Assembly: GCA_964416155.1 (NCBI GenBank)
Contig: CAYQCW010000006.1
Span: forward strand, 80,785-144,784
Source: an uncultured Nitrososphaerota archaeon
GTDB taxonomy: Archaea; Thermoproteota; EX4484-205; JAAOZP01
Reading direction: 5' to 3'
Length of the DNA stretch: 64,000 nucleotides
Shown here: positions 20,545 to 29,710 of the stretch, piece after piece
How positions within the stretch are numbered: the stretch's first letter is position 1
Layout: the number at the start of each line of letters is the position of its first letter
Notes under the pieces: generated by a model
What the model was told of the DNA's origin: nothing
What the model saw: the letters and a program-made list of their open reading frames with translations, nothing else
Database searches by the model: none
Translations under genes and position numbers: made by a program

Positions 20545-21744
20545 TTACACCAAGGCTTCGAAGAGCTTCTTCATCTTTAAGCCTATCTGCTCTATTGACA
20601 GGTTGTTTTCTACATATCGTCTTCCAGACTCTCCAAATTCCTTAGCAACGGCTCGATTCTCTTTTAGGTATAGTATTGATTTAGCTAAGGCTTCATGATC
20701 TCCTGGCTTAACTATAATTCCGGAGCGTGTCTCCTCTACATATTCAGCTGGTGCCCCCTCTGCACAACATATTATTGGCTTGCCTACTGCCTGGTATTCG
20801 TAGAGTTTTGATGATATTCCTAGGTATGGTCTGCCGAAGTCTTTTAACGGCAGTAGTAGGGCGTCTGCTCGGCGTAGTAGTTCAGCCACTTCTTCTCTGC
20901 TCAGTACCTTGTCGATTATCCTCATGTTCTTAACATTCATCTCCTTGATGCTTCTCTTCACGCTGTCCATTAGCTCCCCCGCCCCTTGAAGCACTATTTC
21001 TATGTCCTCATATTGCTCTAAGAGTTTAGCCGCCTTAACCACCTGGTTGAAGTCGTATGCTACTGAGAATGCTCCGCTATACAGTATTGTGAATTTTCCA
21101 TCGTCCCTGTTAGATGCCGGTTTGAACTTGTTTACGTCTACTCCGCCTCTGACCACGTGGATCTTGCTTTTAGGGATCCTGTATTTGCCGTGAATTACCG
21201 TTATGTAGCCTGGGCTTATCGGGATTATTGCCCTCGCCATTGTGTACGCTGTTTTTGCTAAAATTTCACACATCTTGTTCATGAACCTTGATCTTATTGT
21301 CCCTATATCAATTGGGTCCTCAGGCCACAGGTCATCAACGTTAAGCACTATGGGGCATCTTTTTAAGATGCTGTACGCTAATGCGGGCATTATCACTAGA
21401 ACCTGAGGGTTCGATGCGAAAACCGCGTCAACCTTTCCTATAATAGACAATGGAAAAAGAGCTGAAACTAAGAAAGTCATGAAGAGTATCATTCTGTTGG
21501 CTAATCCTTTGGCTGGCAGTGGAGGTACGAATGTTCTGACGACTTTAAAACCCTCCATATGCTCTACTGAGAGGGCCTTTTTCCTCAGATGTTTTGGAAC
21601 GTTTCCTGTTGGGTAGTGTGGGAAACCCGCTACTACTGTCACTTTTGCTCCGTTTAGCAGGAGGCCTTTGGCAACGTTGTAGGCTCTGGTTGAGCTTCCA
21701 CCCATGTCTGGCGGGAATATTTGGGAGATTATGAGGATTCGCAT
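20545..21744 (-). CDS. Glycosyltransferase family 4 (WbuB-like)
   Basis: FPPDMGG, FPHYPTG, DLWPE, SKLYEYQAVGKPI. Confidence 0.9.
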   Translation of the reverse strand: MRILIISQIFPPDMGGSSTRAYNVAKGLLLNGAKVTVVAGFPHYPTGNVPKHLRKKALSVEHMEGFKVVRTFVPPLPAKGLANRMILFMTFLVSALFPLSIIGKVDAVFASNPQVLVIMPALAYSILKRCPIVLNVDDLWPEDPIDIGTIRSRFMNKMCEILAKTAYTMARAIIPISPGYITVIHGKYRIPKSKIHVVRGGVDVNKFKPASNRDDGKFTILYSGAFSVAYDFNQVVKAAKLLEQYEDIEIVLQGAGELMDSVKRSIKEMNVKNMRIIDKVLSREEVAELLRRADALLLPLKDFGRPYLGISSKLYEYQAVGKPIICCAEGAPAEYVEETRSGIIVKPGDHEALAKSILYLKENRAVAKEFGESGRRYVENNLSIEQIGLKMKKLFEALV

Positions 21745-21812
21745 CAAGATTCTACGCTTGCTTTAACGTTCTTCATGAACCATTCGTATACTTTTCTAAG
21801 CCCGGTCTTCAT
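21744..21812 (-). repeat. Orphan epimerase C-terminal tail, variant 1 (MKTGLRKVYEWFMKNVKASVES*)
   Basis: Homologous to the last 25 codons of 24067..25071; its stop overlaps the GT4 start (TGATG). Confidence 0.9.
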
Positions 21813-21817
21813 GCTTT

Positions 21818-22135
21818 TCAGCTTATTTTAGGCAGCACGAGCTTTATTGCGTCCTTCCTGGTTTTGGCCATTTCAACTAGAGTGTTTAAGAGGCCTTTTT
21901 AGAAGCGTCAAGTATCTCTACGGATACGACCTTACCGTTGCCGTCGTAGCCTAGGATAACGTCGTTGTCAAGCAACTCTTCCTCTGCTAAGGCACCTTCC
22001 CCGACTTTTAAAACCAGTATGTCCGCCTCCGGGTCGTAGTTAATGATCAAATCCATCGTCCCGGACTCCTCCTTCTCTGAACAATATCTCCTAACCTACT
22101 ACTGTAGATTACCGTTATAATAAACATATCTCCAC
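21818..22135 (-). pseudogene. DUF2283 antitoxin (21818..22056, frameshifted) preceded by the C-terminal remnant of a DUF4258-like toxin
   Basis: YDPEADIL..DVILGYD..VEILDAS; remnant IITVIYSSR..GRWI* starts after ACGCGCGT (22134-22141). Confidence 0.75.
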
Positions 22136-22169
22136 GCGCGTTTGCTTCCGAGCTTGAACCTCTTCTGCC

Positions 22170-22553
22170 TCATGCTTTCCTAAGCTTCAGATCCACATCC
22201 ATTGCTTCAGATAGGGCTTCGCTCAGCAGAATTGCGTAGAGCTTACTGTCCCTGGCAACTAGCCTAACCCCTTTAGAAAGAGCTTTGAGCCTCAGCCTTG
22301 GAGGAGCCTTGTCGAGTGGCACAACATCCACAGGTATCCCCGTGGAGTCTTCAAGAACACCACCTATCTCAATCACCCTTTTGAAATCAGGCTCCCCGTC
22401 CATGTAAACGCCCACGTCCAGGTCTCGAACCAGGTTACTGGTTAATGCTGAGCCGAAGAGAACAGCTATCTTAACATCCGGCATGCTGTTAAGAGCCTTC
22501 CTCAGCCTCTTGGATATGTCTCCGAGGGAGACACGGTAATAGTTAACGCTCAA
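22170..22553 (-). CDS. MNT antitoxin (MntA-like)
   Basis: LFGS..RDLDVGV..VDVVPL. Confidence 0.88.
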   Translation of the reverse strand: MSVNYYRVSLGDISKRLRKALNSMPDVKIAVLFGSALTSNLVRDLDVGVYMDGEPDFKRVIEIGGVLEDSTGIPVDVVPLDKAPPRLRLKALSKGVRLVARDSKLYAILLSEALSEAMDVDLKLRKA

Positions 22554-22959
22554 CGGGGAAAGCCTCCCTCACTTTCTCTAGAAGCTCCTCAACGCATTTA
22601 AAGTTGTTCTTCACTGCTTCATAGACCTTCTCATCCTCAACAGTCCAGTAACGGTGAACTAGAAGATTACGCAGCCCGACTAGAGACTCAAGCTCGCCTG
22701 CAAAAGACAAGTTTAGTCTTTCAGCAACGATTTTTACAGCCTCCCTGTAGGTTGCCGGAGTCTTAACATAAGCCTCAACAGCAATATGCGTACATAGGGA
22801 AACAACGGATTCAACAAGAACCACTATGTTGTACCGTATAGAATATTTTTCATCAATACTAAGTTGCGTGAAGGGTTTAGAAGCTAGTCTTTGCAGCTCG
22901 CTTATTGTAAAATTAATCTCGGAAATTCTGCTTCTCAAGATATCACCGTCAACAGGCAT
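22543..22959 (-). CDS. HEPN/DUF86 RNase toxin (HepT-like)
   Basis: GLRNLLVHRY, an intact R-X4-H motif. Confidence 0.9.
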   Translation of the reverse strand: MPVDGDILRSRISEINFTISELQRLASKPFTQLSIDEKYSIRYNIVVLVESVVSLCTHIAVEAYVKTPATYREAVKIVAERLNLSFAGELESLVGLRNLLVHRYWTVEDEKVYEAVKNNFKCVEELLEKVREAFPVER

Positions 22960-22998
22960 GGCTTACTACTCGCTTAACCGCCTTTTAACATTATCCGT

Positions 22999-23095
22999 CT
23001 AGAATCTTACGCATCGCTCAATCTCCTCTTTGTTTTCAAATATCCATTCGTATACCTTTCTAAGCCCGGTCTTCATGCTTTTCAGCTTATTTTAG
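22999..23095 (-). repeat. Orphan epimerase tail variant 2 (MKTGLRKVYEWIFENKEEIERCVRF*) plus DUF2283 3' end
   Basis: 23044-23095 matches 21780-21831 at 51 of 52 nt. Confidence 0.9.
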
Positions 23096-23288
23096 ACAAG
23101 TGGATTAGAACGGAGGCATCTGCAACTATAGCGGACGACCTATGGCTCATATGTAATCGTTAGAAAAAGGGCATGCTGCGCATGACAAGCGGCTTTCCTG
23201 TTCTGAAAGCATCAGGAGCTGTGCTTCGCGCGCGCTCGACTCTTTTAAACAGTTTCTGCATACCTGTTCTCCCTGAACCATTCGCGAC

Positions 23289-23562
23289 TTAAACTTCCTT
23301 TAGTAACTTGAGGAATTCTTCCTTTGTTAATCCCGCTTGCATTATGATTGCGAGGAGTGTGCCTTTCTTCACAGGGTCATGGCGGGGAACGGTTACTCTT
23401 CTCCTACCGTCAGTCAAATAGATGTGACTCCCCTTTTGATGAACTTTCTCTCGTCTCTCCCTCGCTGATGCATCCCGGTGGCTCTAAGCATTGGACTGAG
23501 TACCCTCCCTCCTCCTCTTCCCTTAAGACGACTGTAAGCCTCAAGCCCTTAACCTGAACCAT
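23289..23562 (-). pseudogene. hicB-hicA deletion remnant
   Basis: HicB start (EEEGGYSVQC..PGCISEGET) joined out of frame to a HicA end (QKGSH..VTVPRH..GTLLAII.QAGL). Confidence 0.85.
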
Positions 23563-23583
23563 TTTGTTTGAACAGGAATATAA

Positions 23584-23802
23584 CTAATCCGGATTAACCT
23601 CTACGGGCTCTTCTCTCGCCCTCATCGCAGCCTTGCTGAGCTCCGCTATGAACTCGCTGGCATCCAAGATTTCCAGTATTACCGGTTTCCCATCCTCTGT
23701 GAAGTGCACGACTATCGGCCCCATCTCCTCAGCGTAGTCAACCTTCTCATCCGAGAGCTCCACGAGGAGCACGTCTTCGCTTCTACTATACCTGACTCTC
23801 AT
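23584..23802 (-). CDS. DUF2283 antitoxin-like protein
   Basis: RYSRSEDVL..GKPVILEILDAS. Confidence 0.85.
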   Translation of the reverse strand: MRVRYSRSEDVLLVELSDEKVDYAEEMGPIVVHFTEDGKPVILEILDASEFIAELSKAAMRAREEPVEVNPD

Positions 23803-24050
23803 ACCTTTCCCTCCTAGCAGGATAGAATGTCACCACCACAGCATCTCCATCCTTAAGCTCGTATATAACTCATCAAGTGTTTTTCACCATAAGCCTTTTG
23901 CGCAATGAACCTCTCTTTCCTGCCTTTGAACACTTTATCTGGATGCTTAACCACATTGACAATATCTTCTTCTCGAATCTCAAAACCGTGTCTTCTCAAT
24001 ATTTGAAGCTTAATTGCTGCATGCGTAGAGAATATGACTTGTCTAATCAC
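23786..24050 (-). pseudogene. DUF4258 (RelE-like) toxin, frameshifted
   Basis: FSTHA..HPD..RFIAQK; after a shift near 23870 it continues VIYE..VVVTFYPARRERY. Confidence 0.75.
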
Positions 24051-24066
24051 CTTAGCTGGGCCTCGA

Positions 24067-25071
24067 TTAAAACTTGACGCTTGCTTTAATGTTCTCCCAG
24101 TTCTCATTGAACCACTCGTATACTTTCCTCAGACCTGTCTTCATGTCTGTCTTAGGCTCGTAGCCAAGTATTCTCCTAGCCTTCTCTATCGAGGCTCTCC
24201 TCCTTATCGCCTTGTCCCAGTCCCTCCTGGGTTTAAACACTATTCCAGCCTTGTTCCCAGTAATCTCGTTTATCCAGTTCGCAATATCTACCACCCTGGT
24301 CTCTGTCTCGGAGGCAAGGTTTATCGCCTCGCCGACGGCTTCCTCAACAACACCCATTCTAAGCGTGCCGTCCACAATGTCCTCGACGAAGGTGAAGTCC
24401 CTCGTCTCCTCGCCCGTTCCAGTTATCGGTAATGGTTGGTTGTGCATTGCCCACCAAGTGAAGTTGGGTATAACGTTCCTATATTTTCCCGGAACCTCTC
24501 CTGGGCCATAGACGTTGAAGTATCTTGCTATCGCAACCGGAAGCCTATAGTAGTCGTAGAAATAGTTGCAGTAGAGCTCTCCCACGAGCTTGTTAATCTG
24601 GTATGGGGTGTCAAGGTGTAGGGATACGAAGTCCTCCCTTAAGGGTAATGGGGCTTGGCTCCCGTATACTGAGCACCCTGAGGATGCGAAAACGAACCTC
24701 TCCACTCCGGCGAGATTCGCATACTCTAATGTCTTAAGAGTACCCAAGCCGTTTACCAGCAGGTCTGTCTCAGGATGGTCCACGCTGTTTTGATTCGCGA
24801 AATGCGCGGCGAGGTGGAAAACGTAGTGCGGCTTGTAGCTGAATGCTCTCTTCATCCTCTCCTCGTCGAGGATGCTTCCCTCGATCAAAACCACCTTGGG
24901 GTCTTTCGGAACGTTCCACTCGTATGAGGCTGAGAAGTCGTCTATAATGACTATTCTTTCTGGCTCTGCTTTGAGGAGCGTCTTCGTCAGGTTTATTCCT
25001 ATGCAGCCAGCCCCTCCTGTTATCAGTATTCTTTTGTCAGAATAGTGGTTTAAAACTTCCTCAGGGTTCAT
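24067..25071 (-). CDS. NAD-dependent nucleotide-sugar epimerase/dehydratase
   Basis: GGAGCIG, YQINK, RYFNVYGPG, GEETRDFTFV. Confidence 0.92.
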   Translation of the reverse strand: MNPEEVLNHYSDKRILITGGAGCIGINLTKTLLKAEPERIVIIDDFSASYEWNVPKDPKVVLIEGSILDEERMKRAFSYKPHYVFHLAAHFANQNSVDHPETDLLVNGLGTLKTLEYANLAGVERFVFASSGCSVYGSQAPLPLREDFVSLHLDTPYQINKLVGELYCNYFYDYYRLPVAIARYFNVYGPGEVPGKYRNVIPNFTWWAMHNQPLPITGTGEETRDFTFVEDIVDGTLRMGVVEEAVGEAINLASETETRVVDIANWINEITGNKAGIVFKPRRDWDKAIRRRASIEKARRILGYEPKTDMKTGLRKVYEWFNENWENIKASVKF

Positions 25072-25077
25072 GCTTAA

Positions 25078-25992
25078 TCACTTCCCATATACTTTCTTAA
25101 ACCACTCTACGGTTCTTCTCATGCCCTCTTCAACAGGGATTGTTAACTTGAAGCCGAGGTCTCTTTTTGCTTTAGAGGAATCTGGTGTTTTTATCCTGGT
25201 GGTGAAGGGTTCAGCCTCCTTATAGGTGACTTTAGAGTCGTCTTTCCCCAGGGTTCTCAGGATGAGGTCTGAGACATACTTTATTTCGTATTGCTCATCA
25301 CCCCCCAGATTGTAGACTTCCCCAGGCTTGAAGCTGTCGACGATGTTCGCGAGAGTCCTGCAGATGTCCTCAACGTACTCCAAGGTTCTTTTATGGCCTA
25401 GGTAAACCGTGTAGGGCTCGTCGTGCAGAGCCTTGTAGATGAACTTTGGAATCCAGCCTCTATAAGGTGTGTAGTGCTCCCCGGGGCCATAAACGTTGAA
25501 GAGCCTTACTCTCACGGTCTCAGTTCCGAACATTGCTGCTGAGTTGATTATCTGCATCTCGTTAACCCACTTGCTCATCGCATAATCGTTCATCTGCTTT
25601 ATGGGTATTCTGTCCATAACGTCCTCGCTCATAACGCCGTCGTAGTCCCCATAGACCTCCGCGCTCCCGAAGAATACCATGCGAAACCTTTTCCTCTCCT
25701 GCATTCTTATGATGTTCTTAGTGCCCACAGCGTTCGTCATCCAAAGATTCTCGTAATAATCCTCCCCGTTCCACCTTCCATACTCTGCGGCAGCATGATA
25801 AACATGCTCGAAGCCCTGGGATTCGAAAAGCCTTTCAACCTGTCTGTGCTGGCTTACGTCGCACCTTACTGATTTAGGGTCTTCAGAATGCCTCAGGTCG
25901 CACAGCCAAACATCGTGTCCACGTTTCCTAAGCTCTCCGACAAGGTTGGAGCCTATGAAGCCTAAGCCTCCGGTTACCAGTATCCTAGCCAT
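25078..25992 (-). CDS. NAD-dependent nucleotide-sugar epimerase/dehydratase
   Basis: GGLGFIG, YAMSK, FNVYGPG. Confidence 0.92.
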   Translation of the reverse strand: MARILVTGGLGFIGSNLVGELRKRGHDVWLCDLRHSEDPKSVRCDVSQHRQVERLFESQGFEHVYHAAAEYGRWNGEDYYENLWMTNAVGTKNIIRMQERKRFRMVFFGSAEVYGDYDGVMSEDVMDRIPIKQMNDYAMSKWVNEMQIINSAAMFGTETVRVRLFNVYGPGEHYTPYRGWIPKFIYKALHDEPYTVYLGHKRTLEYVEDICRTLANIVDSFKPGEVYNLGGDEQYEIKYVSDLILRTLGKDDSKVTYKEAEPFTTRIKTPDSSKAKRDLGFKLTIPVEEGMRRTVEWFKKVYGK

Positions 25993-25995
25993 GCT

Positions 25996-26370
25996 TCACA
26001 CCTGAGACCTTAGCACGCATAGGTCTGCGTATTGCCTGACCGTTTCATCAACAATCTTCATCCTGATTTCCTCATGCCTGGAGAAGATGAGTCTTCCCTT
26101 AGTGAATACGGCGTGTTTAAACGGCAGTGGGGCTTCGTTAAGCACGTGGATGTCGATTGGAATCTCAAGTTCTGCCTCAAGCTTTGAAGAGAGTTCGACC
26201 TCATGCCTGAAGGCTTCCTCCGGGCTATCTATCCAAACGGCAACGTCAACGTCTCTGAAGAACCCTCTTTCGGCAAACCCGCCGTAAACGTAGGCGAAAA
26301 GTATACCACCCAGGTTTTCAAGCGTCCTTTTCAACTCTTGGAGCAGACCCTCCTTCTCCACCGTGCTCAT
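25996..26370 (-). CDS. Orphan MNT nucleotidyltransferase
   Basis: FAYVYGG..RDVDVAV..LNEAP; no HEPN partner; GG replaces GS. Confidence 0.8.
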   Translation of the reverse strand: MSTVEKEGLLQELKRTLENLGGILFAYVYGGFAERGFFRDVDVAVWIDSPEEAFRHEVELSSKLEAELEIPIDIHVLNEAPLPFKHAVFTKGRLIFSRHEEIRMKIVDETVRQYADLCVLRSQV

Positions 26371-26467
26371 TTTACGATACTTGAACTCGCCGGCTGCTAT
26401 TCATGCTTCTCCCTAATACGGTTCTCGACCGATTCGTTATAAGCTGCCAATAATGCCATTGTATTTT

Positions 26468-27541
26468 TCAAGAGTCCCTAATAATGCTTACTATTCTCTC
26501 AGCAGCCCTCCCGTCGCCGAACGGGTTCTCCCAATCCCTGTTTCTACCAATCATGATCCTAGTCTTCTCAAGAATATTCTCAGGCTCTGTTCCAGCGATA
26601 ATGTTTGCGCCAACATCCAGGGTTTCAGGCCTCTCAGTATTATACCTTAGGGTGACGCATGGGACTCTGAGGATGCATGCCTCCTCCTGCACGCCGCCGG
26701 AGTCCGTCAGTATTAGCCTAGCCTTACTCTCAAGCTGGAGGAAGCCTAGATAGTGAAGCGGCTCAACAATCGTCAGAGAATCACTGCTTAAACCGTACTC
26801 CTGCATTCTCCTCTTTGCTCTCGGATGGATCGGGTAGACAACCGGCAGGCCGAAATCCTCTTGCAATAGTTTCAACCCCTCCAGTATGTTTCTAAACCTC
26901 TGAATATTGTCAACGTTCTCCTGCCTGTGGATTGTCACCAGCAGGTAATCGTTGCCGTTGACCCCGATTGCTTCAAGAATACCGCTGTTCTTCTCAGCCA
27001 GCCTAAGGTTCTGGTATACTGCGTCGACAATCGTGTTACCCGTTACGAAAATCTTCTCCCCGGCGATGCCTTCTTTCAAAAGGTTTCCCCTGGCCTTCTC
27101 GGTGGGTGCGAACAAGTAGTCTGAAACATGGTCTGTTAAAACCCTGTTGATTTCTTCGGGCATCTCCCTGTCGTAGCTTCTCAAACCTGCTTCAACATGC
27201 CCGATTTTAATCAAGAGCTTGGATGCTGCGAGTGCCCCGGCTAGCACGCTGTTAGTGTCACCCTCGACAAGCACCATGTTCGGCTTCTCCTCCATAAGCA
27301 CCTTCTCTATTCCGATCAGCATTCTGCCCGTCTGCTCCCCGTGAGTACCGGAGCCGACCTCAAGGTTGTACTCTGGGTCAGGCAGGTTGAGCTGTTCTAA
27401 GAATGCTTTGTCCATGTTGTATGAATAGTGCTGCCCCGTGTGAAGTATGAAGAAGTCTGCGCTTCTTTTTTCTAGCTCTCTCATTACCGGCGACATCTTT
27501 ATTATCTCCGGCCTGGTTCCTAAAACTATCGCTATCTTCAC
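26468..27541 (-). CDS. wecB: UDP-N-acetylglucosamine 2-epimerase
   Basis: GTRPEIIK, HTGQH, HVEAGLRS, TDSGGVQEE, TERPE. Confidence 0.96.
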   Translation of the reverse strand: MKIAIVLGTRPEIIKMSPVMRELEKRSADFFILHTGQHYSYNMDKAFLEQLNLPDPEYNLEVGSGTHGEQTGRMLIGIEKVLMEEKPNMVLVEGDTNSVLAGALAASKLLIKIGHVEAGLRSYDREMPEEINRVLTDHVSDYLFAPTEKARGNLLKEGIAGEKIFVTGNTIVDAVYQNLRLAEKNSGILEAIGVNGNDYLLVTIHRQENVDNIQRFRNILEGLKLLQEDFGLPVVYPIHPRAKRRMQEYGLSSDSLTIVEPLHYLGFLQLESKARLILTDSGGVQEEACILRVPCVTLRYNTERPETLDVGANIIAGTEPENILEKTRIMIGRNRDWENPFGDGRAAERIVSIIRDS

Positions 27542-27827
27542 TTTATTTTCCTTGTCCTAAAAACTACTGTTCCGCCGTCCGTATAGGGCTTCCAGGGGTC
27601 CACGCACTGCATGTATGTATGCTCTCTATCATCTTAGTCGGTCCTAATTTAACTGGGTCCGCACCTTCATCTAAGGCAACGACATAGTGTAAGAGTGTTG
27701 CTAAGGCATGCACACATATGGGATCCGTTTCCTCCAAAACTATCCTAGGCTCATCTATGATTATTTTATCTCCAACCTTGTGGACTGGGCGTTTACCGCG
27801 TACCTCGTAAACCTCTATTTCCAGCAT
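27538..27827 (-). pseudogene. TIGR04076-like small protein, frameshifted
   Basis: EVRGK.PVHKVGD..ICVHAL; the C-terminus MQCVDP..YTDGGTVVF lies in another frame. Confidence 0.6.
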
Positions 27828-27837
27828 GCTGCGATTT

Positions 27838-28740
27838 TTATTTACTACTTAGTTTTCTGTCGAGCCTCGATATCGCGTAGAGCATGAGTGAAGCTATGAA
27901 CAGCATTGTTCCCACGAAAAGCGATCCGAGTGTTATGAGCGCCATCGGCACGCTGAAATACCTAGTCGTGTTAAAATACCACATTAGGTATGTCCCCGTC
28001 GCTATGCCTGCGATTATCAGAAGCATTCCAGGTACTCCTAGGAATAGTAATGGCCTCTCTTCGATGATTAGTCTGAGGGCTATTCCCACGAGCTCGGCCC
28101 CATGGCTCACAGGGTGTTTCTTCGAGGTTCTCTCCAGCCCCCTATAACGTATCGTTACCGGTTTTTCAATCAATTTGAAATTCCTCTCTTCCAGTTTTTT
28201 AAGCTGCTCCGTCTCTATCCCGTATCCTGTTGCCTCGCACTCGAGCAATGTATCCAGGATCTTTTTCGAATATGCCCTGTAGCCGCATTGGGTATCCATC
28301 ACGACCATGTTCTTCCCTACAGCACTTATAGTGTTAACGACCTTCAATCCAAACTTACGATACAGCGGGATTTCCCTTTTTTGAGTGAGAAACCTCGACC
28401 CTATGACCGCATCCGCCTCCCCTTTTAAGATCGGCTCTATGAGACCGAGCATTTCGTCCGGATCATGCTGGCCATCCGCATCCAAAGTTACTATAATGTC
28501 AGCATTCAGATTTTTAACATGTGAAAAAAGTGTTTTTAGGGCTGCACCTTTACCCATGTTCTTCCCGTGTCTCACTACTTCCGCACCCAGTTTTTCAGCT
28601 ATCTCGCCCGTCATGTCTGTTGAGCCGTCGTCGCAAACCATCACCTTGTCAACGTGTTTCATAGCTTTTACAATTACGCTGGCTATGGTTTTCTCCTCGT
28701 TGTAAGCAGGTATACACGCGACTATGAAATGCTTATTCAA
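27838..28740 (-). CDS. Glycosyltransferase family 2 (polyprenol-phosphate sugar transferase-like, 2 C-terminal TM helices)
   Basis: IPAYNEE, DDGSTD, LDADGQH, GSRF, DTQCGYR. Confidence 0.92.
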   Translation of the reverse strand: MNKHFIVACIPAYNEEKTIASVIVKAMKHVDKVMVCDDGSTDMTGEIAEKLGAEVVRHGKNMGKGAALKTLFSHVKNLNADIIVTLDADGQHDPDEMLGLIEPILKGEADAVIGSRFLTQKREIPLYRKFGLKVVNTISAVGKNMVVMDTQCGYRAYSKKILDTLLECEATGYGIETEQLKKLEERNFKLIEKPVTIRYRGLERTSKKHPVSHGAELVGIALRLIIEERPLLFLGVPGMLLIIAGIATGTYLMWYFNTTRYFSVPMALITLGSLFVGTMLFIASLMLYAISRLDRKLSSK

Positions 28741-29070
28741 TCCTGACCTTGAGTTTTGATATTTCAGCAATCTCGTTAAAATTAGTGTCTCTTGTTACGA
28801 GTTCCTCGTTCCGGTTTATGCACATGGCTGCTATCAACAGGTCTGAGAAAGGTTTAAGCCTGCCTTTATTTTTCAGCTTAAGCTGTAGTTCAACCGCAAG
28901 GTCCAGGTCGCTTCTTGTCGGGTATACGACGCTGCCTTCAAGCTTGGAATACTCCAGTAGGGATGGGAACTCGGCTATGGTTACTATTGTCACCGCCTCA
29001 TCTATCTTCACCTATTTTTAACACGGTCGATAACTATGCTCGTATCCAGTATTGTCAGAGGCTTTGCAAC
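28733..29070 (-). pseudogene. vapC: VapC toxin with N-terminal frameshift
   Basis: ILDTSIVID is one frame off from ..FSDLLIAA..TRD. Confidence 0.75.
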
Positions 29071-29279
29071 CTCTTTTTTTCAGCTTCCCTCAGCGCCAGA
29101 ACCTTATGCTCGTCGACATCTATATCTTCTTTAAGGGTTTTTATGTTGAACCTTTTTCTGAGAGACGCAGCGCTTACAATCCCGTATTTCTCCTCAAGCA
29201 GCTTTTCAACATCCTCTCTAACTTCCTCTACATTAACCCAAGCTGGGATCTTGATAGTCACTGTACCAAGCTCAGCCAT
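29055..29279 (-). CDS. Putative antitoxin
   Basis: Small acidic ORF coupled to the PIN gene. Confidence 0.7.
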   Translation of the reverse strand: MAELGTVTIKIPAWVNVEEVREDVEKLLEEKYGIVSAASLRKRFNIKTLKEDIDVDEHKVLALREAEKKRLQSL

Positions 29280-29292
29280 ATCTATCCCTTCT

Positions 29293-29532
29293 TTAAAACG
29301 TCTTTTCTAAGCTTTTAAGGTTTCTGTCTTTAAATTCATCTTTCCTGCTGGACTCCGATGATTTTAGGGTAGATGTTTCCAGTCTTCTCGGTATTTCCCC
29401 GGTTAGGTCTGTTGAGCCGTCGTCGCAAACCATCACCTTGTCAACGTGTTTCATAGCTTTTACAATTACGCTGGCTATGGTTTTCTCCTCGTTGTAAGCA
29501 GGTATACACGCGACTATGAAATGCTTATTCAA
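29293..29532 (-). pseudogene. Duplicated 5' fragment of the GT2 gene
   Basis: First 42 aa identical to the GT2, then LTGEIPRRL versus MTGEIAEKL, then unrelated sequence. Confidence 0.9.
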
Positions 29533-29574
29533 TCCTGACCTTGAGTTTCAATATTTCAGCAATCACGTTGATCC

Positions 29575-29674
29575 GCGCCGTGTCAAGCAGTGGCTCGACC
29601 CTCCTTTTCAAGCTCACGTTGGTGCAGAGCCTCATCCCTGTATCCTTTCCAGCAGCCAGCATTACTCCTGTCAT
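29575..29674 (-). pseudogene. 5' remnant of a sugar-phosphate nucleotidyltransferase
   Basis: MTGVMLAAGKDTGMRLCT is a degenerate GVILAAGxGTRMRPLT. Confidence 0.55.
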
Positions 29675-29710
29675 CCCAGGTGTTTAAACAAAGTTTTAAG
29701 AGCATCTTGC

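Larger units (their letters stand above)
28615..29569. repeat. 163-bp direct repeat (28615-28777 and 29407-29569) flanking a vapBC pair
   Basis: 142 bp identical, then 3 mismatches; offset 792 bp; each copy is the vapC 3' end plus the GT2 5' end. Confidence 0.95.
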
